Below are positions 51,901 through 64,000 of a stretch of 64,000 nucleotides of DNA, in pieces; the stretch's first letter is position 1, and each line of letters opens with the position of its first letter. The notes beneath the pieces were generated by a model, which was not told where the DNA came from, made no database searches, and was given only the letters and a program-made list of their open reading frames with translations. The DNA lies in the NCBI GenBank assembly GCA_051530055.1, contig CM121342.1:5207489-5271488 (forward strand), given 5' to 3'. Source of the stretch: Neoechinorhynchus agilis (taxonomy: Eukaryota; Animalia; Acanthocephala). The position numbers were made by a program, and so were the translations under genes.

Positions 51901-53748
51901 GAGCCAGCGATGATAGCTAAGTAGCTCGAAAAAGATCCTTTCTCACAAAACAAGAAAACTTAATGGCTACATCGCTTTTTATTATGCCGATGTGGCATGA
52001 TACCAAGATCGCAAGAATCTGCTTCTCTTTAAATGTACGCCCGTTTAACGTCAATTTCTATCGCCGGTCCGCCACATTTCTCTAAATCAATTTAGAAATT
52101 CGATGCATCCGTGGTTCATGATAAATTCGAAATTTCCCAATAGCAAAGCCTTTCCCATTTTTATCGTACAAAAAGCGGTTTTCTGTCTGATAGCAGCTCA
52201 CATTTTTAATGGGTTTAGAAATCAATGGCATCGAGGGAGCATTTTCCGGCCAGCGCAATGGTCATTTGGAATAGTGTAAATGGCGGCCATTAATGTAGTT
52301 TCCCTCTCCTCCTGGCGGACATATAAGATAATCCGCGGTGGCGCCATTCAATTCCTTCGCAGGAAACGGCGAAGAGTACTTTTAAAATCGCGCACACACA
52401 CAACACCCAAACGTCGTCGGAATCATAAGACGCCTAATGAGCAATCGACCAATTAAAACAAGCGTTGTTTCGAAGCAGCGGACCCAAGAACATAATGCTC
52501 AAATACTTTAAACGTTTCGGAAATCAGCGAAAAACTCTTTTTTCGTCAAGGTAGGCTATAACAAGGAAAATATCGAGATCCCAACCGCTTTTAAGAAGAA
52601 TAATTCCGAACTTTATGTAATCTTTAAAATGAGTACTGCCTCAAATTGTCGAAAATCCCATATTTTGTTGGGAATATTCGTTCAATAAACAGCGAGAACT
52701 TGGTCTCTTAACAATTCGGCAGTGGTTCTCCCAACCCCCGAATCAGTCACAGTTCGTTCTAAAAGAAATTTTTTTACATATGCTCTCTTTTTTACGATTG
52801 AACGGTTGAACTAGTTCCTTTTTTTTCTACAAAAACATTTTGAAGCCTGACTCGATATTCACAGCGACGATGCTCATTGGCTATCGTTTAGGGCTTATAT
52901 TTTAGAAAAAAGCGTTTTGAGTGGCTTGTTTTTGGGATGTAATGGCCTTCCCAATCCATCCCGGACGTTGAGTGATCTTTAATGTTGAAAAGTCCGAAGC
53001 GAGCATCGTTGTTTAGGAAAAGGTATAAAAGAGAGCCTCATCTTCATGTTATAAATTTTAGAATGTATAAAGCGAGCAAAATTTGTTGGGTCATAAGATT
53101 GATGGATGCTGTTAGGGATTGTTGTAGCAAAGAACGTAGACTTTAGATGACTGTTTTCGTCGTTCCGTCCAGTCATCAGACAGACGCGGAGATAAGAGGT
53201 GATAATTCTAAGAGCGCCGTCTTAAATGGTGGTCAGCGAGCAAACCAACACCGTAAGATTTTGCGTCTTGTAGCCACGAATGCATACAAATTGATTTTGC
53301 CAATGCGTTTTTCGGTTTGTGCGGCCGCCAGCATTTCATTGAACAATGCCAGTTAATGGTGGACCATCATCAATCGTATCGATCTCGACCTACAAAAAAA
53401 TACGAGGTTTACTAATCAAATCTCATTTCGCTCCTCTCGTGCCAATATTTCCTCAAAGCGAAATATCTCTTCTAAAACCAAATCGTATGCCACCGATTTA
53501 ATCTCTCATTTAAGCATCGCAATGTCACCGACAATTGAAGCGAAGAAGGCGGGAGTTTCCGAAACAAATACGCGCTGCTCCCTCAGAGTCAAGAAAACCT
53601 ACATCATCTAAAGAGACCTCGTAAATTCAAAGAGCATCGACGTTTACACGCTCCGTGGTCTCCTTAAGCCATCCTCCAATGTCCTCTCATCGAAAAGTAG
53701 ACTTTTATGAGACGATCAGAAGTTGTGCCTCTCAATCTATTGTCGATA

Positions 53749-56700
53749 ATCATTTTCGTCCCTGATCTTGGAACCTTGTTTTATTTGGTGATGAGAAATA
53801 GAGATTTATTTATTGATTCCTTCTGACGATATTTCCTTTTTTCTTGTAAACTTCGGGTTTAAAAGGTAGGTTTTCTTTTTTCGTTTTGAGAGCTGAGGTT
53901 TCTTTGCACATCATTTTCGTCCCTGATCTTGGAACCTTGTTTTATTTGGTGATGAGAAAAGAGATTTATTTATTGATTCCTTCTGACGATATTTCCTTTT
54001 TTCTTGTAAACTTCGGGTTTAAAAGGTAGGTTTTCTTTTTTCGTTTTGAGAGCTGAGGTTTCTTTGCACATCATTTTCGTCCCTGATCTTGGAACCTTGT
54101 TTTATTTGGTGATGAGAAATAGAGATTTATTTATTGATTCCTTCTGACGATATTTCCTTTTTTCTTGTAAACTTCGGGTTTAAAAGGTAGGTTTTCTTTT
54201 TTCGTTTTGAGAGCTGAGGTTTCTTTGCACATCATTTTCGTCCCTGATCTTGGAACCTTGTTTTATTTGGTGATGAGAAATAGAGATTTATTTATTGATT
54301 CCTTCTGACGATATTTCCTTTTTTCTTGTAAACTTCGGGTTTAAAAGGTAGGTTTTCTTTTTCGTTTTGAGAGCTGAGGTTTCTTTGCACATCATTTTCG
54401 TCCCTGATCTTGGAACCTTGTTTTATTTGGTGATGAGAAAAGAGATTTATTTATTGATTCCTTCTGACGATATTTCCTTTTTTCTTGTAAACTTCGGGTT
54501 TAAAAGGTAGGTTTTCTTTTTTCGTTTTGAGAGCTGAGGTTTCTTTGCACATCATTTTCGTCCCTGATCTTGGAACCTTGTTTTATTTGGTGATGAATTG
54601 ATTCCTTCTGACGATATTTCCTTTTTTCTTGTAAACTTCGGGTTTTGCTGAGGTTTCTTTATTTTCGTCCCTGTCTTGGAACCTTGTTTTATTTGGTGAT
54701 GAGAAATAGAGATTTATTTATTGATTCCTTCTGACGATATTTCCTTTTTTCTTGTAAACTTCGGGTTTAAAAGGTAGGTTTTCTTTTTTCGTTTTGAGAG
54801 CTGAGGTTTCTTTGCACATCATTTTCGTCCCTGATCTTGGAACCTTGTTTTATTTTGATGAGAAATGGAGAGATTTATTTATTGATTCCTTCTGACGATA
54901 TTTCCTTTTTTTTTGTAAACTTCGGGTTTAAAAGGTAGGTTTTCTTTTTTCGTTTTGAGAGCTGAGGTTTCTTTGCACATCATTTTCGTCCCTGATCTTG
55001 GAACCTTGTTTTATTTGGTGATGAGAAATAGAGATTTATTTATTGATTCCTTCTGACGATATTTCCTTTTTTTCTTGTAAACTTCGGGTTTAAAAGGTAG
55101 GTTTTCTTTTTTCGTTTTGAGAGCTGAGGTTTCTTTGCACATCATTTTCGTCCCTGATCTTGGAACCTTGTTTTTTTTGTGATGAGAAATAGAGATTTAT
55201 TTATTGATTCCTTCTGACGATATTTCCTTTTTTTCTTGTAAACTTCGGGTTTAAAAGGTAGGTTTTCTTTTTTCGTTTTGAGAGCTGAGGTTTCTTTGCA
55301 CATCGTTTTCGTCCCTGATCTTGGAACCTTGTTTTATTTTGTGAGAAATAGAGATTTATTTAGATTCCTTCTGACGATATTTCCTTTTTTCTTGTAAACT
55401 TCGGGTTTAAAAGGTAGGTTTTCTTTTTTCGTTTTGAGAGCTGAGGTTTCTTTGCACATCATTTTCGTCCCTGATCTTGGAACCTTGTTTTATTTTGATG
55501 ATTAGAGATTTATTTATTGATTCCTTCTGACGATATTTCCTTTTTTCTTGTAAACTTCGGGTTTAAAAGGTAGGTTTTCTTTTTTCGTTTTGAGAGCTGA
55601 GGTTTCTTTGCACATCATTTTCGTCCCTGATCTTGGAACCTTGTTTTATTTGGTGATGAGAAATAGAGATTTATTTATTGATTCCTTCTGACGATATTTC
55701 CTTTTTTCTTGTAAACTTCGGGTTTAAAAGGTAGGTTTTCTTTTTCGTTTTGAGAGCTGAGGTTTCTTTGCACATCATTTTCGTCCCTGATCTTGGAACC
55801 TTGTTTTATTTGGTGATGAGAAATAGAGATTTATTTATTGATTCCTTCTGACGATATTTCCTTTTTTCTTGTAAACTTCGGGTTTAAAAGGTAGGTTTTC
55901 TTTTTTCGTTTTGAGAGCTGAGGTTTCTTTGCACATCATTTTCGTCCCTGATCTTGGAACCTTGTTTTATTTGGTGATGAGAAATAGAGATTTATTTATT
56001 GATTCCTTCTGACGATATTTCCTTTTTTCTTGTAAACTTCGGGTTTAAAAGGTAGGTTTTCTTTTTTCGTTTTGAGAGCTGAGGTTTCTTTGCACATCAT
56101 TTTCGTCCCTGATCTTGGAACCTTGTTTTATTTGGTGATGAGAAATAGAGATTTATTTATTGATTCCTTCTGACGATATTTCCTTTTTTCTTGTAAACTT
56201 CGGGTTTAAAAGGTAGGTTTTCTTTTTTCGTTTTGAGAGCTGAGGTTTCTTTGCACATCATTTTCGTCCCTGATCTTGGAACCTTGTTTTATCTTTGGAA
56301 CCTTGTTTTATTTGGTGATGATAAATAGAGTAAATTTATTTATAGGATTCCTTCTGACGATATTTCCTTTTTTCTTGTAAACTTCGGGTTTTTATTTGGT
56401 GGTAGATTTTTTATTTTTTCTTTTTTTTGTAAACTTCGGGCTGAGGTTTTCTTTGCACATCGTTTTGAGAGCTTTTCGTGCCATCATTTTCGATCTTGGA
56501 ACCTTGTTTTATTTGGTGATGAGAAATAGAGATTTATTTATTGATTCCTTCTGACGATATTTCCTTTTTTCTTGTAAACTTCGGGTTTAAAAGGTAGGTT
56601 TTCTTTTTTCGTTTTGAGAGCTGAGGTTTCTTTGCACATCATTTTCGTCCCTGATCTTGGAACCTTGTTTTATTTGGTGATGAGAAATAGAGATTTATTT

Positions 56701-59700
56701 ATTGATCTGATCTTGGAACCTTGTTTTATTTGGGAATGAGAAATAGAGATTTATTTTATTGATTCCTTCTTGACGATATTCTTTTGTAAACTTCGGGTTT
56801 AAAAGGTAGGTTTTCTTTTTTCGTTTTGAGAGCTGAGGTTTCTTTGCACATCATTTTCGTCCCTGATCTTGGAACCTTGTTTTATTTGGTGATGAGAAAC
56901 AGAGATTTATTTATTGATTCCTTCTGACGATATTTCCTTTTTTTTTGTAAACTTCGGGTTTAAAAGGTAGGTTTTCTTTTTTCGTTTTGAGAGCTGAGGT
57001 TTCTTTGCACATCATTTTCGTCCCTGATCTTGGAACCTTGTTTTATTTGGTGATGAGAAACAGAGATTTATTTATTGATTCCTTCTGACGATATTTCCTT
57101 TTTTTCTTGTAAACTTCGGGTTTAAAAGGTAGGTTTTCTTTTTTCGTTTTGAGAGCTGAGGTTTCTTTGCACATCATTTTCGTCCCTGATCTTGGAACCT
57201 TGTTTTATTTGGTGATGAGAAACAGAGATTTATTTATTAATTCCTTACAATATTTCCTTTTTTCTTGTAAACTTCGGGTTTAAAAGGTAGGTTTTCTTTT
57301 TTCGTTTTGAGAGCTGAGGTTTCTTTGCACATCATTTTCGTCCCTGATCTTGGAACCTTGTTTTATTTGGTGATGAGAAATAGAGATTTATTTATTGATT
57401 CCTTCTGACGATATTTCCTTTCTTCTTGTAAACTTCGGGTTTAAAAGGTAGGTTTTCTTTTTTCGTTTTGAGAGCTGAGGTTTCTTTGCACATCATTTTC
57501 GTCCCTGATCTTGGAACCTTGTTTTATTTGGTGATGAGAAATAGAGATTTATTTATTGATTCCTTCTGACAATATTCCCTTTTTTGTAAACTTCGGGTTT
57601 AAAAGGTAGGTTTTCTTTTTTCTTTTTGAGAGCTGAGGTTTCTTTGCACATCGTTTTCGTCCCTGATCTTGGAACCTTGTTTTATTTGGTGATGAGAAAT
57701 AGAGATTTATTTATTGATTCCTTCTGACGATATTTCCTTTTTTCTTGTAAACTTCGGGTTTAAAAGGTAGGTTTTCTTTTTTTTCGTTTGGAGCTGAGGT
57801 TTCTTTGCACATCATTTTCGTCCCTGATCTTGGAACCTTGTTTTGTTTGGTGATGAGAAACTGAGATTTATTTATGGATTCCTTCTGACGATATTTCCTT
57901 TTTTCTTGTAAACTTCGCTTAAAAGGTAGGTTTTCTTTTTTCGTTTTGAGAGCTGAGGTTTCGTTGCACATCGTTTTCGTCCCTGATCTTGGAACCTTGT
58001 TTTATTTGGTGATGAGAAATAGAGATTTATTTATTGATTCCTTCTGACAATATTTCCTTTTTTCTTGTAAACTTCGGGTTTAAAAGGTAGGTTTTCTTTT
58101 TTCGTTTTGAGAGCTGAGGTTTCTTTGCCATCGTTTTCGTCCCTGATCTTGGAACCTTGTTTTATTTGGTGATGAGAAATAGAGATTTATTTATTGATTC
58201 CTTCTGACTTTACTTTTTTTCTTGTAAACTTCGGGTTTAAAAGGCGTAGGTTTTCTTTTTCGTTTTGAGAGCTGAGGTTTCTTTTGCAATCGTTTTCGTC
58301 CCTGATCTTGGAACCTTGTTTTGTTTAATGATGAGAAATAGAGATTTATTTATTGATTCCTTCTGACGATATTTCCTTTTTCTTGTAAACTTCGGGTTTA
58401 AAAGGTAGGTTTTCTTTTTCGTTTTGAGAGCTGAGGTTTCTTTGCACATCGTTTTCGTCCCTGATCTTGGAACCTTGTTTTATTTTGTGAAGATAAATGG
58501 AGATTTATTTATTGATTCCTTCTGACGATATTTCCTTTTTTCTTGTAAACTTCGGGTTTAAAAGGTAGGTTTTCTTTTTCGTTTTGAGAGCTGAGGTTTC
58601 CTTTGCAATCGTTTTCGTCCCTGATCTTGGAACCTTGTTTTATTTGGTGATGAGAAATAGAGATTTATTTATTGATTCCTTCTGACGATATTTCCTTTTT
58701 TCTTGTAAACTTAGGGGTTTAAAAGGTAGGTTTTCTTTTTTCGTTTTGAGAGCTGAGGTTTCTTTGCACATCATTTTCGTCCCTGATCGAGGAACCTTGT
58801 TTTGTTTGGTGATGAGAAATAGAGATTTATTTATTGATTCCTTCTGACGATATTTCCTTTTTTTCTTGTAAACTTCGGGTTTAAAAGGTAGGTTTTCTTT
58901 TTTCGTTTTGAGAGCTGAGGTTTCTTTGCACATCATTTTCGTCCCTGATCTTGGAACCTTGTTTTGTTTGGTGATGAGAAACAGAGATTTATTTATGGAT
59001 TCCTTCTGACGATATTTCCTTTTTTCTTGTAAACTTCGGGTTTAAAAGGTAGGTTTTCTTTTTTCGTTTTGAGAGCTGAGGTTTCTTTGCACATCGTTTT
59101 CGTCCCTGATCTTGGAACCTTGTTTTGTTTGGTGATGAGAAACTGAGATTTATTTATTGATTCCTTCTGACGATATTTCCTTTTTTTCTTGTAAACTTCG
59201 GGTTTAAAAGGTAGGTTTTCTTTTTTTCGTTTTGAGAGCTGAGGTTTCTTTGCAATCGTTTTCGTCCCTGATCTTGGAACCTTGTTTTATTTGGTGATGA
59301 GAAATAGAGATTTATTTATTGATTCCTTCTGACGATATTTCCTTTTTTTCTTGTAAACTTCGGGTTTAAAAGGTAGGTTTTCTTTTTTCGTTTTGAGAGC
59401 TGAGGTTTCTTTGCAATCGTTTTCGTCCCTGATCTTGGAACCTTGTTTTATTTGGTGATGAGAAATAGAGATTTATTTATGGATTCCTTCTGACGATATT
59501 TCCTTTTTTCTTGTAAACTTCGGGTTTAAAAGGTAGGTTTTCTTTTTTCGTTTTGAGAGCTGAGGTTTCTTTGCCATCGTTTTCGTCCCTGATCTTGGAA
59601 CCTTGTTTTATTTGGTGATGAGAAATAGAGATTTATTTATTGATTCCTTCTGACGATATTTCCTTTTTTCTTGTAAACTTCGGGTTTAAAAGGTAGATTT

Positions 59701-62700
59701 TCTTTTTTCGTTTTGAGAGCTGAGGTTTCTTTGCACATCATTTTCGTCCCTGATCTTGGAACCTTGTTTTATTTGGTGATGAGAAATAGAGATTTATTTA
59801 TTGATTCCTTCTGACGATATTTCCTTTTTTCTTGTAAACTTCGGGTTTAAAAGGTAGGTTTCTTTTTCGTTTTGAGAGCTGAGGTTTCTTTGCAATCGTT
59901 TTCGTCCCTGATCTTGGAACCTTGTTTTATTTGGTGATGAGAAATAGAGATTTATTTATTGATTCCTTCTGACGATATTCCCTTTTTTTGTAAACTTCGG
60001 GTTTAAAAGGTAGGTTTTCTTTTTTCGTTTTGAGAGCTGAGAGGTTTCTTTGCACATCATTTTCGTCCCTGATCTTGGAACCTTGTTTTGTTTGGTGATG
60101 AGAAAAATGGAGATTTTATTTATTGACTCCTTCTGACGATATTTCTTTTTCTTGTAAACTTCGGGTTTAAAAGGTAGGTTTTCTTTTTTCGTTTTGAGAG
60201 CTGAGGTTTCTTTGCACATCATTTTCGTCCCTGATCTTGGAACCTTGTTTTATTTGGTGATGAGAAATAGAGATTTATTTATGGATTCCTTCTGACGATA
60301 TTTCCTTTTTTCTTGTAAACTTCGGGTTTAAAAGGTAGGTTTTCTTTTTTCGTTTTGAGAGCTGAGGTTTCTTTGCACATCATTTTCGTCCCTGATCTTG
60401 GAACCTTGTTTTGTTTGGTGATGAGAAACAGAGATTTATTTTTTGATTCTTCTGACGATATTTCCTTTTTTCTTGTAAACTTCGGGTTTAAAAGGTAGGT
60501 TTTCTTTTTTCGTTTTCGAGAGCTGAGGTTTCTTTGCACATCGTTTTCGTCCCTGATCTTGGAACCTTGTTTTATTTGGTGATGAGAAATAGAGATTTAT
60601 TTATTGATTCCTTCTGACGATATTTCCTTTTTTCTTGTAAACTTCGGGTTTAAAAGGTAGGTTTTCTTTTTTCGTTTTTGGACCTGAGGTTTTCTTGCAC
60701 ATCATTTTCGTCCCTGATCTTGGAACCTTGTTTTATTTGGTGATGAGAAATAGAGATTTATTTATTGATTCCTTCTGGATTTATATTTCCTTTTTTTCTT
60801 GTAAACTTCGGGTTTAAAAGGTAGGCTTTCTTTTTTCGTTTTGAGAGCTGAGGTTTCTTTGCACATCATTTTCGTCCCTGATCTTGGAACCTTGTTTTAT
60901 TTTGTGAAGATTAATGGAGATTTATTTATTGATTCCTTCTGACAATATTTCCTTTCTTGTAAACTTCGGGTTTAAAAGGTAGGTTTTCTTTTTTCGTTTT
61001 GAGAGCTGAGGCTTCTTTGCACATCGTTTTCGTCCCTGATCTTGGAACCTTGTTTTATTTGGTGATGAGAAATAGAGATTTATTTATTGATTCCTTCTGA
61101 CGATATTTCCTTTTTTTCTTGTAAACTTCGGGTTTAAAAGGTAGGTTTTCTTTTTTTCGTTTTGAGAGCTGAGGTTTCTTTGCAATCGTTTTCGTCCCTG
61201 ATCTTGGAACCTTGTTTTATTTGGTGATGAGAAATAGAGATTTATTTATTGATTCCTTCTGACGATATTTCCTTTTTTTCTTGTAAACTTCGGGTTTAAA
61301 AGGTAGGTTTTCTTTTTTCGTTTTGAGAGCTGAGGTTTCTTTGCACATCGTTTTCGTCCCTGATCTTGGAACCTTGTTTTATTTTTGTGAAGATAAATGG
61401 AGATTTATTTATTGATTCCTTCTGACGATATTTCCTTTTTCTGTAAACTTCGGGTTTAAAAGGTAGGTTTTTCTTTTTTTCGTTTTGAGAGCTGAGGTTT
61501 CTTTGCCATCGTTTTCGTCCCTGATCTTGGAACCTTACTTGTTTGGTGATGAGAAAATGGAGATTTATTTATTGATTCCTTCTGACGATATTCCCTTTTT
61601 TGTAAACTTCGGGTTTAAAAGGTAGGTTTTCTTTTTTCGTTTTGAGAGCTGAGGTTTCTTTGCACATCATTTTCGTCCCTGATCTTGGAACCTTGTTTTA
61701 TTTGGTGATGAGAAACAGAGATTTATTTATTAATTCCTTACAATATTTTTCTTGTAAACTTCGGGTTTAAAAGGTAGATTTTCTTTTTCGTTTTGAGAGC
61801 TGAGGTTTCTTTGCAATCGTTTTCGTCCCTGATCTTGGAACCTTGTTTTATTTGGTGATGAGAAATAGAGATTTATTTATTGATTCCTTCTGACGATATT
61901 TCCTTTTTTCTTGTAAACTTCGGGTTTAAAAGGTAGGTTTTCTTTTTTGTTTTGAGAGCTGAGGTTTCTTTGCCATCGTTTTCGTCCCTGATCTTGGAAC
62001 CTTGTTTTATTTTGTGAAGATAAATGGAGATTTATTTATTGATTCCTTCTGACGATATTTCCTTTTTTCTTGTAAACTTCGGGTTTAAAAGGTAGGTTTT
62101 CTTTTTCGTTTTGAGAGCTGAGGTTTCTTTGCACATCATTTTCGTCCCTGATCTCGGAACCTTGTTTTATTTGGTGATGAGAAACAGAGATTTATTTATT
62201 AATTCCTTACAATATTTCCTTTTTTCTTGTAAACTTCGGGTTTAAAAGGTAGGTTTTCTTTTTTCGTTTTGAGAGCTGAGATTTCTTTGCACATCATTTT
62301 CGTCCCTGATCTTGGAACCTTGTTTTATTTGGTGATGAGAAACAGAGATTTATTTATTAATTCCTTACAATATTTCCTTTTTTCTTGTAAACTTCGGGTT
62401 TAAAAGGTAGATTTTCTTTTTTCGTTTTGAGAGCTGAGGTTTCTTTGCACATCGTTTTCGTCCCTGATCTTGGAACCTTGTTTTATTTGGTGATGAGAAA
62501 TAGAGATTTATTTATTGATTCCTTCTGACGATATTTCCTTTTTTCTTGTAAACTTCGGGTTTAAAAGGTAGGTTTTCTTTTTTTCGTTTTGAGCTGAGGT
62601 TTCTTTGCACATCGTTTTCGTCCCTGATCTTGGAACCTTGCTTTATTTTGTGAAGATAAAATGGAGATTTATTTATTGATTCCTTCTGACGATATTTCCT

Positions 62701-63172
62701 TTTTTCTTGTAAACTTCGGGTTTAAAAGGTAGGTTTTCTTTTTCGTTTTGAGAGCTGAGGTTTCTTTGCACATCATTTTCGTCCCTGATCTTGGAACCTT
62801 GTTTTATTTGGTGATGAGAAATAGAGATTTATTTATTGATTCCTTCTGACGATATTTCCTTTTTTTCTTGTAAACTTCGGGTTCAAAAGGTAGGTTTTCT
62901 TTTTTCGTTTTTAGACCTGAGGTTTCTTTGCACATCATTTTCGTCCCTGATCTTGGAACCTTGTTTTATTTTGTGATGAGAAATAGAGATTTATTTATTA
63001 ATTCCTTACAATATTTCCTTTCTTCTTGTAAACTTCGGGTTTAAAAGGTAGGTTTTCTTTTTTCGTTTTGAGAGCTGAGGTTTCTTTGCACATCATTTTC
63101 GCCCTGATCTCGGAACCTTGTTTTGTTTGGTGATTAATTTATTGATTCCTTACAATATTTCCTTCTTTTTTT
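53749..63172. repeat. T-rich satellite, about 161-bp unit, about 58 copies
   Basis: cattttcgtccctgatcttggaacc recurs at 53751, 53912, 54072, 54233 and onward; strong T/A strand skew. Confidence 0.97.
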
Positions 63173-63483
63173 TCGACAATCATGAATGAGCATTTTCTAT
63201 GTCTCACGGAACAAAATGGGTCTCTGAGCAACTTCCTTGTACCAAAGCCAAATCGCACTCGTGGTGCGGCCAAGTTTCTCATCGGCATTTTCTGGACGGT
63301 ATTATGGTTGATTCGTAACCATGGTAACCAAAGCACCTGCCTTTTTGCGGACGGGCACGTGACACAATCGCACATGCGCGGGTGCACGTGTACGCGTCGT
63401 CGTCGCCGCCGCCGCTGCCCTCCCCCCCGCTCGCAGCACTTGGCGGTTCGTTGACAGTGATTTTTGTAGATAGTAATTTCAGA

Positions 63484-64000
63484 ATGCCAGCCCAAACAAG
63501 ACAATCATCAAAACTGAAGGAGAACACGAAAAGATGCACCAGAGCGCCGGGTGGTGCTGCTGTCAAATCGATAAAGTCAGTTGTTCCATCGGCCTCTATC
63601 CCTTACCGTGCGGCGGCGGCGGCGGTCAAGCGCGTGGCTGCAGCTTCGTCTTGCACAGCGAAGGCTGTGAAACTGTCGCAGCAGCAGCAACAACCCAGGG
63701 AAAGCCGGGTATTGAGACCTTTGAACGCTCAGTGGTTGAACGAAAGACGGACTGTGAGACGAGAAATAAGCAGTGTCGGTGGTAACAAAAGACATAGTCA
63801 GGTATTTCCAGTCAAATACGCCGACGAAAAGGACGACTTCGAATGCAGGGCTTATGCTTTTAGAGTCTACGAGTACCTTAGGGACCTTGAGGATCGGCAC
63901 AGAGCGGTCGAAACTCATCCGGACAAATATGTATGCGCCAAATCGAGGTCGTTTGTCATCAACTGGCTCATAAGCAAATGCTTTTTGTTGGGGTTTTCAT
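63484..64000 (+). CDS. Mitotic cyclin (B/A-type), 5' part, running off the window
   Basis: Open frame from ATG 63484: KEN box (LKENT), D-box-like RVLRPLN, then cyclin N-terminal helix YAFRVYEYLRDLE and cyclin-box start RSFVINWLI. Confidence 0.8.
   Translation, partial: MPAQTRQSSKLKENTKRCTRAPGGAAVKSIKSVVPSASIPYRAAAAAVKRVAAASSCTAKAVKLSQQQQQPRESRVLRPLNAQWLNERRTVRREISSVGGNKRHSQVFPVKYADEKDDFECRAYAFRVYEYLRDLEDRHRAVETHPDKYVCAKSRSFVINWLISKCFLLGFS

Noticed and set aside
49064-53356. Assorted 60-150 aa ORFs between FGF and the satellite
   Set aside because: No motifs or consistent exon chain could be supported; possible upstream FGF exons are not excluded.
57711-60539. Lys-rich minus-strand ORFs (MCKETSALKTKK...)
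   Set aside because: Products of a 161-bp unit that is not a multiple of three; the frame shifts every copy.

Overview
Window from a compact metazoan nuclear genome (standard genetic code, mostly 42-57 nt GT-AG introns); the organism cannot be identified from sequence alone. Bases 1-21783 are three abutting tandem arrays: about 15 copies of a 410-411 bp unit that joins a complete Penelope-type GIY-YIG endonuclease ORF to a minimal hammerhead ribozyme, a 56-bp minisatellite made of CRE palindromes, and a 36-bp minisatellite whose minus strand reads as a Cys-rich 12-aa repeat. The middle holds BRX1, a decayed RTE LINE, and a Mag-like Ty3/Gypsy element with 100-bp LTRs. That element carries an inverted copy of its own LTR plus a tRNA-Leu 3' end, and sits in a rearranged locus. 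Next come a FoxO-like pseudogene, a BRD8-like gene, UBXN1, TBCB, GRK2/3 (with an intronic 153-bp satellite and a possible non-canonical 59-nt intron), an FGF gene, a 9.4 kb 161-bp satellite and the 5' part of a mitotic cyclin. Frequent 1-bp indels and garbled repeat stretches suggest long-read consensus errors, so single frameshifts are weak evidence. All family calls come from motif recognition by eye; no searches were run.
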